From the NCBI GenBank assembly GCA_043228905.1, contig JBHGNT010000003.1:25978001-26042000 (forward strand): 64,000 nt of DNA, given 5' to 3'. This stretch comes from Azolla caroliniana. Its lineage: Eukaryota; Plantae; Polypodiophyta. Under the pieces are notes generated by a model. That model searched no databases, had not been told where the DNA came from, and was given only the letters and a program-made list of their open reading frames with translations. Of the stretch, positions 13,287 through 24,974 are shown piece by piece; position 1 is the stretch's first letter, and every line of letters starts with the position of its first letter. A program made the position numbers and the translations under genes.

Positions 13287-14526
13287 GCCACAACTACCTC
13301 CTCTCGATTATATAGTCTGCACTTTTGTAGGCATGTGGCCAAGCAGATAATTTCCCACCTCTATTCCTGATATGACCTTTTTGTCCTCTGCATATGATGG
13401 TGGATTTTAACTTATCAAGAATGACTGAGCACCCAAACTTCTCTCCTTCTATAATAAGCTACTAATTTTCATTTTATCCTTGAGATCTTCAATGAAACGA
13501 CCAAAATGGTTGAATCAAACTTGCATAAATTGCTCCCAAAAGGCACCTCTAATGTGGTGGATCAAGCAAGAACTGTTATCATCCATCTCTAATATAGTAA
13601 TATGTATATAGTTGAGTCGGTCACATGCTTGCACGACTGAAATCCATTCACCATAACTAGCCATATGGTCAGATGTGTTTTAGTCCATGAATCACATGTC
13701 ATCAATCCCTGTTGTCCTTATCGACATGGTTCTAGTTGTATGGCTTATTGTCATGAACAATTCATCTCACCATTAGTATGGTTTTAGGAGTTGGAGGCGT
13801 ACTTTGTGAGTTGTATTTTTATCTTCAAGGCATGGTTTTGAATTGGCATACTTCAATGTGTGTTGCATATCGTTCAACTCCTCTCTGAGCTTAAGATTGT
13901 TTGTATATCTGTTGACAACAAATATCTTGATAAGATTAGGCTCCACACCCGTCAACATTTTGGCATCTTCTATGTAGCGTAATACGTGATCTTACATAAT
14001 CACATAGGTAGAAAATTTGTGATGTAGTTGCCCCCTTGTTTTTAGCCTACGTAATCAAGACTATGTGGCTTTCGTGTATAAAACAATGGAACACTAATCT
14101 CAATAGTTCTCACTCTCTCTCTTAATAGATTACATCAGTTAAGCACATATATATAAACAAGGCATTTATAGGAGAAAAGAGTTCAATACTTCTATTATAA
14201 AGATAGTATACAACACACATGACATAGAGTGATTAGGGTTTGGCTAATTAGCACTTCACCTTAAATCACTCTTAAGCTCAAGTGCAAGATTGAGGAGATG
14301 GATTAGGGCTCTAAACAAGATCATGGGAAAGGAGAAAACCCAAGAAGGAAAAAGAGAGTTACCAAAGTCACCAAAAGATGAATTTTATATAGCTTTTTAC
14401 TCTAGGGTTGGGCCTTTTTCATATTAGAGAGGTCGTTCTCCTTCTAGTTTGGGTAAGATTTACTCTATCCCCCCTCTTCTAGTGTTACTATTGAGCTTCT
14501 TATGTATTATGGTGCTAATGTCTTTG

Positions 14527-14947
14527 TGGTTCTTGCCCCAAATGGCAGATACTGAACACACACTACATCTAGAATTGTCAATGTACCCCAATATCTTTGT
14601 CCAAGAGGGAACTAATTACTCTCATATTTCTAGCTTGTGAAGGGTTTTTTTAAACACTTTTCATTCGGGAGATAACTACCCATTTGCAAAGAAAACCCGC
14701 ATACTATTTGGTTAACGATTTGACCTCACAACAATGGTTCTTGTGCCAAATGGCAGATACTTAACACACACTACATCTAGAATATTCAATGTACCCTAAT
14801 ATCTTTGTCCAACAAGGAACTAATTCATCTCATATTTCTAGCTTGTGAAGTGTTTTTTTTTAAACTTTTCATTTGGGAGATAACTATCCATTTGCAAAGA
14901 AAACCTGCATACAACTCGGTTAAAGATTTGACCTCACAACAATGGTA
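14527..14947. repeat. Tandem duplication, 2 x ~208 bp
   Basis: TGGTTCTTG..CCAAATGGCAGATACT...GATTTGACCTCACAACAATGGT occurs twice consecutively. Confidence 0.9.
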
Positions 14948-15582
14948 AGTGTTTGCATGCATTGTGAAATGTTTGTCCACCTAGCCCCTACTGATCTTGG
15001 GAAAATCAATTATTTCCTTTCAAAATAGCATGGTTTACCTTCATTCCCATGAATATCAGTTTGCAATGATACATGGCTAGCTTTCATGGTCCATTGTTAG
15101 ATTGTATTGTTGGCGCCTTTTGAACCATCAATATGCTATATTTCTATGTTTTTCCAAATGCATTTTACACGTCTCTTCCTCAAATTTGGCTAGATGATCC
15201 TTTTTTATTCTTTTGAACAAATAATAGAAATAGTATCTAGTCATACCAATAGGTATACTGTATAAGCCTCTAGAATTGTATCCTTCTAAGGAAAGTCTTT
15301 TGCTATATTTACCATCACACCAAATGTTTCTAGGAGGCCTTCATATTTGTATTGTGACACATGGGCTTTTACGGGGAGAAAAACATATTTTGTGGGTTTG
15401 TATATAGCCTCCATTAATGGCATTGTGACATATCTAGGAGTAGGGAAAGGCTTGGTTCAAAGCCAAAACTCACTCGTTAAACCGTTTTTAAATAATTTAG
15501 TAGTTCAACTTGGCTCGGTTTAGTCTTGAGCTTCCTTGATCGCGTTGAGCTTCATGCTTGATGCGTCGAACCATTGAACAAG

Positions 15583-16021
15583 TGTTGCCGTTTAGGAACA
15601 CGGTCCGTGGTTAGTCCTTCGACCTAGACCTCAAGGTGGGTGTGGAATAACGAACAGGGTTTAAGCGTAATGCGTAAGGGGAGAACCTCTGTATTTCCTC
15701 CATGTATAAGGGAAGACGGCTACAACCGAATCCCTATCACAAGTTACACTTACGTACTACTACGCTTAAGTATCCGAGACACCGACACTGAATTAGCCGC
15801 AGCTATACACAGAAACTCAGAGAAGATAGAATTCTATTATCAGGCGTTCTTTACATTTCCAAATATTACACGCACCTCCATAAGAGGTTTTCTGCCCTTT
15901 ATATATGCAGGGTCTAATTAGCCGTTCACGCTTCCTGTGTGAACCGTTACATGCGTTATGATCTTATATAGTTTCTTATTCCTACGCTTTTGTCCGTCGG
16001 TTACTATTCCGGCGGACAACA
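15583..16021 (-). repeat. 3' LTR of the large Gypsy element
   Basis: Direct repeat of 30710-31148 with roughly a dozen substitutions by eye; TATATAAAGG TATA-like box on the minus strand. Confidence 0.95.
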
Positions 16022-16511
16022 CTTGGCACACTGCGGGACAGTGCCTTTGCACGTCGGACCCATCCCGTTAATCTTCTTCCAAAATGGCCTGGATGTTCGG
16101 CTCTGTTGTGGTGTCCTCGTCCGGAGTTGATGTAGGGCTCGTAGGTGCATCGTGGTGCGGCTCCTCTGCTTGGTTGGCCTGGTTTCTCCCAGAGTCGCCT
16201 TCGCCGTGTGCGGGTGGTCCGGGTACGGTGGGCTCTTCTTGAGTTTGTGGGCTGGGCTCCGCCGTTGGCGTGCTTGCAGTTGGTTGCAGCTCAGCCTCTA
16301 TTGTTACGTCCTCCGCGGTGTTGGCCGTTTTTGTGTGTCCCTAGGCGTGGGGCGGGGATTCCGCCTAGTCCGCACTATTTTCCGCGTGTTCTGAAGATGG
16401 TGTGGGCTGGTGCGGCTGGACCTCTTGTTGGGTAATGGTTTCACTGTCTGTTCCTGTGGGGAACTCCGCTCGTTGGTCCCCGCTATTCTCCCCCGTTGTC
16501 ATCTCTGGTGA

Positions 16512-19019
16512 TCAGGCATGAGGTTCCTCTTCTTCGGCTGTGACCGGAATTGGTGTCACGCTAGGTTCCTCGGTTGTGCACATGTTGCCGGCTTGTGTGA
16601 TCTGGTGAAATAGCTCCTCCTGACTTTCACCAAAATCATCTAAGAGTTGTGCGAGTTCTTCGGAGTGTTGGTCTGCTAGCGCACGATAGTCTTGCGCTAG
16701 GTCCTCCCGTACGGTCGCAATGCTCTCCTCGTTTAGCTTATAAAACCCTCGGCCGTCTTTCCGCCGGTTCTCCCAGTCCGCACGATACGCGTGCAATTCC
16801 GCTACTTGGGTTGCCCACGCCATCCATCCTTTGTCCAGCGCCGTTTTCAATTGCGCTGTGAACCTTTCCCAGTTTGTTTGGAGAAGGATGCGCACGTTAT
16901 CCGTGATGGCCTGGCAGCGGTTGCGTGCGTCTTCCATTGACTTCTGGAGATTTGCGATTTCCTACTGTTTAACGGCTGCCGCTTCCTCATACGTGGCCTT
17001 CAGGCCCGCCCACAGCTGGGATTCCTTTGCATGTTGTTCTTCTAATTTCACCATTTCATTGTTTAGGCGGATTTCGAGTTGATGCCTTCTGTCTTGTTCG
17101 ACCACCAACTGCTCATCGAACCATACCTTCTTTTTTTCTAATAAGGCCCGAAGTCCCGCTATTGCCGCCTCCGATTTCGTCGCGTCCTCTCGTAATTGGG
17201 CGTTGTCGTCTTTTGTCCGGATGTGCTGAGCTACCTCCGTAGCTAGTTTCTCTTCAAGAGTTTTTACGGCCTTCCGTCCGTTAGCCCGTATCTCCTTTTC
17301 TCTGTCGGAGGATTGGCGTAGTTCTGCTCGAAGACGGTCAATTTCGGATTCCGCTAGCTGCACGACCCTTTTTGCTTTTGAGGCGATGGCGGTCTGAGCC
17401 TCAATTTCTTCTTTTAGAGCGTCGATGGAGTGGTTCCGTGGCGGGGTTCCATGTTGCGCCGTAGTCACGTGAACTTCCAACTCCGCGATGCGTGCGTTGG
17501 CTTTTTGTAGTTCAGCTTCGGTCAATTTAACCTTCTTCCAGACATTCTTATTTTTTATGGCCATCTCCTTGGCGCCCGTGCTGACCTTTGCCAGTTCTCG
17601 ATGGACTTCGACTAGGGCCATGTTTAAGGGTGGTATTTCCATCCCTACTCGCCGTACCCCGACGTTCCTCTATCTGCCGACCCTGGCTAGCCGGTCCTCA
17701 TCGTCGCTCTCCGTTGTTTGTGTTAGGGCGCGCTCGATCATCTAACGTTCTGCATGCTCCTCGGCCATTCGTTGGGCGGCTTTGACCTGTTGTATTGCCA
17801 GGAACTCCATGAGCTCAAAAGAGGTACTGAACTGCAAGAGGGGGCTGAATTCGTGGGCCGTATCCGGGATATCCGAATATGCCAAAACCTCGCTTTCCAC
17901 CGTCAATACGGCTTTCCCTCGTTGGGACTGAGTCGTAATAATCGGTCGCGGCTCTCGGATGATTTCGAAGGTGGTATTCGGTTCTGCTGTTGCGGAGCCT
18001 TCGCCTTCGGTCGGTGCCTTCGGAGCCGTGGGGGCGTTTTTTACCAACCCCCACCCATCTTTCTTGTCCAATCTGCGTCGTTTTGGTCTAGGGCTTTCTC
18101 GCCGTGTTTCGGTGTCAGGTTCTGGGGCTGCTTCCATGGAGTGTCTCGGTTGTTCCTCCTGTGTCGCCCGTGTGTCCGGCTGGTCGGTAGGTGTTGTCCT
18201 TGGGTCTGGCTGGGCCGGTTGGGGTTCCTCCCACTCTGGGGCCGCTAACTCCGCTAACTTGCGTTTCGCGGATCGCGGCGGGGCCGTGGGTTGGCAGGGC
18301 TACGATGCTAGCAGGCCTCAGGGTGGAAACAGTACCGTAAGGTATTGTTGGATGATTGGCCTGAGCTTTTTGCCTGCTTGGTACGCATGCAAGCCTTCTC
18401 TTAACGTCGGCCCTGTGATGACCCCCCAATCGACTGCACGCCCTTCAAAGGTGTCGATAATGATGCTCGCCTTCTGCTTAGGCATCCCGTATGCGTTGAC
18501 ATGGACGCAGCCGACTTCCAGTAGGAACTTGGCAACTTCACAGAAGAAGGGATCTGGAATCTGTTTTGTTCTATAGGCCTTGGTGGAGGATGAATATGGT
18601 CCAAAATACCGTTGCAGCGCCTCTACAGGAGGTATTTCGAAATGTCTTTCGCCTAGTGAGGATAGGTCCAACTTCTTCCGAATGGAAGAGTTGGTGACCG
18701 TGTCTATGTTAAGCTTCATGGCGATGTTCATGGCGTCCGGGTGCGGAGGTGCTTCTGCGACCCGGATGTAGCCATCCAGGCGTTTCTCTACGAGCCATCG
18801 GCGTAAGGCAGTAGAGATGAAAATCGGCATCGCTAGAGTAGGTTCGTGGGGAGGAGACGGGAGGTTGTGGTGGGTTGGAGCTCTGAGATAGGATGGGGAA
18901 GAAGGTAAGGAGGACGAGCGATGGGAGCGCTGATAGCTAGAAGATGAGTTTCTGCTTTGTGCAGACGATCTTTTGTTTCCTTCTTTTTGTGGCTTAGGGT
19001 TCATTGGGCGGTGAGCCAT
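16512..19019 (-). pseudogene. Extra ORF downstream of pol (~835 codons; globular domain, disordered linker, long coiled coil), 5 in-frame stops
   Basis: ORFs 18318-19019, 17742-18137, 16962-17642 and 16512-16937 share one frame, separated only by TGA/TAG codons. Confidence 0.8.
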
Positions 19020-19249
19020 CGTGGTGCCGCGTGTTCTTCAACTAGGAGTTTGTGCATGCCTTTAGTCGTTGTAATAGTCACTATCTTCTCTTCTTTTTTT
19101 CTTTTTTTCTTTTTCTTTTTTTCTTTTTTTTCTTTTTTTCTTTTTCGTAACGGTTATTTACAACCTATTTTTACATTATAGTACAAATGGGGCTTGTCCA
19201 TTTTACGATGCAGGTTCTCCGGCTTTGTACCGTTCGGCGGTGAATGGGT

Positions 19250-20767
19250 TATGTGGTGTAGGGCCCAGGTAAGGTTTGAGCCGAAACCCATTCACTTTTT
19301 GCCGTACTATTTCTCCAGCCAACGTTCCTAGTTGGAACGTGCCCTGTTCCGCTCCAATTATCCAGTATGGGCCGGTCTAGCGGAAATGTAACTTCCCCGG
19401 CATATGGCCCATGCACGTTTGAAAAACTAGCCCCGCTCGGCCCACGGTGAACTCCTTTTCCCTTGCGCTCCGATGTTGATCGACAAACGCTTTACGCTGT
19501 CGCTGTTCCAACACAGCCATGCTGTGGACGCATTTTTTCCCTAGTTCGAGGAGTTGGTAGAGCCGTTCCTCCTCCGATTTGGCTTCTGATAATCGGTTCC
19601 GTACCTGAATGCGCAAACTAGGTACCCGAAATTTGATTGGCATCACAGCCTCTAGTCCAAACGCTAGCCGGAACGGTGTCGACTGTATGCTTGTTTTGTA
19701 ACTAGTTCTGTACGCCCATAACGCACTCTGGAGTTTGGTATCCCAGTCCGTTCTATTTTCATTGACGGTTTTCTTCAAAATGGTCTGTAATGTTTTGTTC
19801 GTGGATTCTGCTAATCCATTCGCCTGTAGGTAATATGGCGTGCTCTTCTTGTGGACTACTGCATAATGTTGTGTTAGTTCCCGAACCACCGTATTGAGGA
19901 AGTGGCTCCCCTGGTCACTGATCAGCTCAATCGGACAGCCGAACCGGCACCAGATGTGCTCGTAAAGAAATTTGGTTGTGACGGCCGCCGTATTTTCACG
20001 TAGTGCCTTTGCTTCTACCCATTTGGTGCAGTAATCCGTGGCTACCAATATGTATTTATTGCTCGTACGGGCCGCTGCTGGTGTGAAGGGCCCTACAAAA
20101 TCCAATCCCCACTTTTGGAAGGGGTCTAGCGGTAATACGGGTTGGTGTGGCATCCTTGCGTCCTCCGCGGGCTAACCCATCCGCTGGCACAAATCACACT
20201 TTCTACAATACTCGGATGCGTCCTTCTGCGTTATTGGCCACCATAAGCCCGCATGCCATACTTTGCGAGCTGTCACGTCGCCCGCGTAATGGCCACCAGC
20301 TGTGCCGTAGTGTGCCTCCCCTAAAACTGCTTCCTTCTCATCCTGACGGACTCCACGTCGCCAAATGCCGTCACTTCCTTTGTGATATAAATTTCCTTCG
20401 ACGAGGCAGAAGTGACGGCTTCGGACGGCTAGTCGTTTCTTCTCGTCCATTGTGGTGGAGGCAGTCCTGTAGTTAAAAAGTACGTCATTTCCATAAGCCA
20501 TCGGTCCGGAAAGGTGGATTCCGTTTTTTCTACAAGACTTGTCCCTACTCGCCAGATGTCGGCGTCTGGAAAACCGTCGTCGTCTTTCTATACTGTTTCT
20601 CCATTCTCAAGTCTGCTCAAAAAATCCGCCACTGCGTGTTGCGTCCCTAGTCGGTGCTGAATTACGAACTCGAATTCCTTGAGCAGCAGCATCCATCGCG
20701 CCAATTTCCCTGTCAAGGCTTGTTTCTCCACCAAATACAATAATGCCGAATGATCCACGTGGAACGT
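19250..20767 (-). pseudogene. Outer Gypsy pol: end of RNase H and integrase (HHCC, DDE, GPY/F), disrupted
   Basis: TFHVDHSALLYLV...ARW...ADFLSR; AHYG..GGH...CDLCQ; WGLDFVGP...LISDQGSHF...ANGLAE. Confidence 0.9.
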
Positions 20768-21470
20768 TGTCGAGGTATTCCTCGCGGATGCGTGGAATGA
20801 GGCGGGACCTCGGGGGTCTTGTACCGAAGAGCAAGAGAGAAAGGAGAAGGGAAGGGACCCACTACGTGCGAGCGTAGATTCACAGGGACACGGCCCTTCA
20901 ACACAAAGACACGAGTGGGACACCGACACAGAGAGACGCGAATGTATGTATATATATATGTTAACAAGACAAACAACAAGAAGCACGACGTTGGTTACAA
21001 TCGAACAGGCCGGCGAACAGATGCCGATGCCTGTTTGTAAACGTACAGAAAGGAAGAAGTAGGTTGGAGGTGCTGCCGGAAGCACTCGGGCCTTCCTTAG
21101 AGCAGCGCGAGCCTCCCAAAACCTGCACAGAACGAAGCTACCGAGCTTGGCAGAGAGAGAAACCTTCCCCCAACAACCCGACAACCCTTTTTCCTCTCTA
21201 TCCGCGATCCCCCCTCTTTTTTCCTCCTCGTCTCCCTCCCCCTCTAGGCAAGAAGGGAGCCGTTTCCTATTAACTTCCTACCTACCGAATCTACCTACCT
21301 AGGATCTTCTATGTACAACATAAGGCGTAATGCATGAAGAGCCGGTTCCTACGCTCCAGTGCACCGATTCCGCTTGTGGACGGTTTTCTTCACGACATCC
21401 GCCCCCACCTAACCGCGCATCCACCGGCATGCACCAAATTGAGTTGGGATGGAGAAAACCGGTCCAGCCT

Positions 21471-24400
21471 TCATTCCCCGCCCGTCGGTTCTTCCTCGGT
21501 TTCGGATTGTTCGTTGTCGCGGTCCAGGTTAACCGGATCTGGCTCGTCGTCGTGACGCTTCTTGAACGCTTTGATCCGCTTCCCAGCTACCGGTATCGCC
21601 ATTCTCGTGCCGTCGAGTTCCGCCAGATGGTACGTCCCGTTGTCGTTGGCGCTTTGGACCACGTAAGGCCCGAACCACCTTCTTGCGAACTTCCGTGTCG
21701 CTCGGTGCTGGTTGTCGAGGCTGCTGTCGTAGACTAGCACCCAGTCGCCTTCCTCAATCTTCTTTGGTCGGAGCCGGTGCATCCGGTCGAACCGGGCTTT
21801 GTTCCTCGTCCTTGCCACCCGAAGCTTTCCCGCAGCCTGCTCCACGTCCTCCGGTCTTCGCTCGAGCTGTCGTATACGCGCCGCCAACAGTTCCTCCCGG
21901 CTCATCTCGTCTCTCCAGTCCACGGTTTCCCACGAGGAGATCATACGTTCCATCGGCATGATCGGCTTCTGCCCAAACATGAGCTCTGCCGGCATGAATC
22001 CGGTTACCGAACTGTGCGTAGTTCGGTCCGCCCACAACGCGTAAGGCAGCAGTCGCGGCCAGTTCCCGACTTGACCTCTGCATGCCCGAACTAACGCCTT
22101 GACGATCGGTCCGTGTCCGCGCTCCACCTTCCCATTCGCCTCCGGATTGTACGCAGTGGTAAGCGAGAGCTTGACTCCTAGCCGGTCGAACAGCTCCTTG
22201 GCCTCTTCGGCGTCCAACTCCCCGCGATCAGCCACGATCTTCCCGACGCACCCGTACCGGCATATCACGTCCTCGATCAGGAACCGACATACGGCCGCGG
22301 TCGTTTTGTTCTGAAGGGCTCGGCCTTCCACCTGGTTCGTCAGATCTTCCCGAGCCAGGACCAGATACCGCATCTGTCCTACGCCCATCGGCATCGTCAC
22401 CAGATCTACCATCCATTTGAAGTGGATGGTCGGAGGGTACGTAGGGTGAAGCTCGTCCCGATGCCGGACTATGGAGTGCATCTGACAGCTCTCGCAGGTT
22501 GTCACGAACCGATGCACGTCCCGGTACAGTCCCGGCCACCAGTACTTCCCTTTTATCTTCTCAAACGTGGCCCACGTTCCACGGTGTCCAGCCCAAGGGC
22601 TGTCGTGGTAGGCCGTCAGCAGCTCCTCCTGTTCTTCCTTCATCGCCACCACCCGGAGCGGGACGCCGTTCCTCTTCTTCGGGTGCTTCCATAAGTATCC
22701 GTCCCGGAGAAAGAATCGGTATGCTTTCTTCCGGATCCGGTTGGCCTCGTCTCTCGTCCATGACTCATCCGGCGTCATTGTCCTCAAGAAACCACCGATC
22801 CGCAGCCACTCGCCGTCGTACTTGCTCTCGTCGAAGCTGTTAAGTGCCGGAGTGCTCGTCCCATCGGTCGTCACGTACGCCGCCTCGAAGAAGTCCACGC
22901 CGACTTCTTCGTCCTCCGAAACCATGCCGCCCTCGTCATCAAACCTCGCCCTCGAAAGCATGTCGGCCATGGCGTTGTCCTTTCCGGAAATGTGCCGTAT
23001 TTCCGGGTCCAGGGACTTGATGTACGCTATCCACCTGAGCATCGCCAGGTCCGGTGTCGCGCATCCGGAAACCATGCCGAGAATTGGCAGGCAATCCGTC
23101 TCGATAATCACTTCTGTCCCGATCAGGTAGTCTTTGTCGGCCTTTACTGTCGAAACGATACCCCAGAGTTCGCATTTAACCTGGGCGTACCCTCGCTGTC
23201 GCTCACTGAGGACCTTTGCGCCGAATCGGATCGGGAACCGGGTGCCGTCCTCGTCTTCTTGGTTGACGACCCATCCGATCCCGGTCGGGCTCGTATCCAC
23301 CGTTATGTATACCGGGGTACCCTTCTCGTAGACAGCCTTCCGGAGCGCCGGTGCTGCCGCAGGAGCTTCCTTCAGCTTCTGGACCGACTCCGTGTGCTCT
23401 TCTCGCCACTCGAATATCCGCCCTTTCTTCAGCAACCCGTATAGCGGCTCCGCAACGTGGGCGTAATGCGGGATTCATATGTGGTAGAACGCGCACGCCC
23501 CCAGGAACCTCCGAACTTCCGTAACCGAGCTACAGTCGGTCTTCATCGCGGAGATGGCTTCTACCTTTGCCGAAGACGGCTTCCGGCCATATGGTCCACA
23601 TAGGTGTCCGACCACCAGGATTTCTGATTGCCCGAAGGCCGATTTCTCCCCGGGGAAGGTGAGCCTCGCATCCTCTAGCCTTTGTAGCACCTTCTCGCAG
23701 TCGTCGATGTGTGTTGCCACGAATCGCCGGCATCCGTCCGGTCCGAGTGTTGCGTCCTTCTCTTCCACCGGGCACCCCTTGATCGGGATGTCGTCTAGAA
23801 ATGGCATGGTGACGTCTGGGATGCAATCCCTCAGTACCTTGTTCATTGCATTCACCATGTGGGCCACCGAGTTGGTCCCTCCTTGTGGCAGGGTACACAT
23901 TCGCACTAGGCCGAGGGGAGTTCGCATCGTCGTAATGTCTCTGCTCTCCACGGCTAGCTGGAACTGGTCGTACCCCGAGTACAGATCATCGACCGAGTAA
24001 ATCGACCTTCCGACGAAGGCCTCCACGAACTCGTCTATGGTCGGTCCGATTCCTGCATTCCGAATGGTCACTCTGTTGACCGGCTGCAGGTCCTGAATGA
24101 AGCGCAATGTTCCGTTTTTCTTTGGTACGGTAAACCATCGGTTCGAGTATGGCGCACTCGACGGTTCGAGAATACCCATATCGACTTTCTGCCTCAGTAG
24201 CTCCATCAACTCCGGGATGTGAGCTCTCGGTACTGGAATTGGCTTGAGATTCCACGGCACATGCGGTACTGTGAATATCACCATCGGCTCCACGATCGTC
24301 GGGTCTACGCACCCGATCTCTTCCGGTGAGAATGCAAAGGCTTTTCCGTGCCTTCCGAGCATTCTCCGGAACCGGTCTTCCTCCGCCGGCAGTAGGAACC

Positions 24401-24974
24401 CGCCCCCACCGATTTTGAGCTCCCGGAGCGTCCCGTTGGTGAAGGTGTGTCCTATGCAGACCGGATCTCGTAAACTGGGGTCCGACGCAACCCCTCTGAT
24501 TCAGGACTCGCTGTCCTCCGGTAAGGGTGCCGCGACTGGCCTTACCTTCCGGTCCATAGTCTTGTACTTCGTGCTAACTCGGGCCGTCCGATCCGACCGG
24601 AGCCCCTGGCTGAAGTTCGCGATGACTTCGTACATCTCTTCGGAACATACCGGTATCGTCCGGTCTTCGTTAAGGTCTTCTCCGGCTACCTTCCTCAGCA
24701 TCCCCAAGGTGTCGTCGAAGGAGACCGCCTCCACGGCCCCGCTGATTTCCTCGTCCAGGCCGACAACTCCGCACGCTCGAAGTCACTCCTCCGCCCTTGC
24801 CCTTTCTCGGCCAACGATGCCGACTAACATACACCCTCCGTTGCCAGAGAAGCAAAATCTTGTACTTATCGTACAGGGTTTCTTCGGTTTTGGTTCTATC
24901 GTACAGCTGTGGGGTCTTTCCCGAGTGTCCGGACTATCTCGGCCCCACGCCTTGGCAGCCCTCTCTAAAAATCC
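21471..24974 (-). pseudogene. Nested element pol (RT-RH-INT), one frame with 3 in-frame stops
   Basis: LPQGGTNSVAHM and PFLDDIPIKG (RT); TVDTS...ETDCLPI...ADMLSR (RH); H..H..CESCQ, WMVDL, ADRG, NGKVERGH (INT). Confidence 0.9.

Noticed and set aside
13300-14000. Possible decayed Copia RT/RH on the minus strand
   Set aside because: Only a faint motif resemblance (VVNRYTNN); insufficient by eye.
15640-15921. Near-identical 93-aa ORFs at 15640 and 30767
   Set aside because: They lie within the two LTRs, antisense to the element, and start at GTG; the duplication reflects the LTRs.
20820-21466. Alternative nested-LTR boundaries TGGACCG...CGGTACA
   Set aside because: TGTCG...CGACA (20768-21397) has a better PPT, abuts the resumed outer RNase H, and matches both ends of the solo LTR at 29956-30565.
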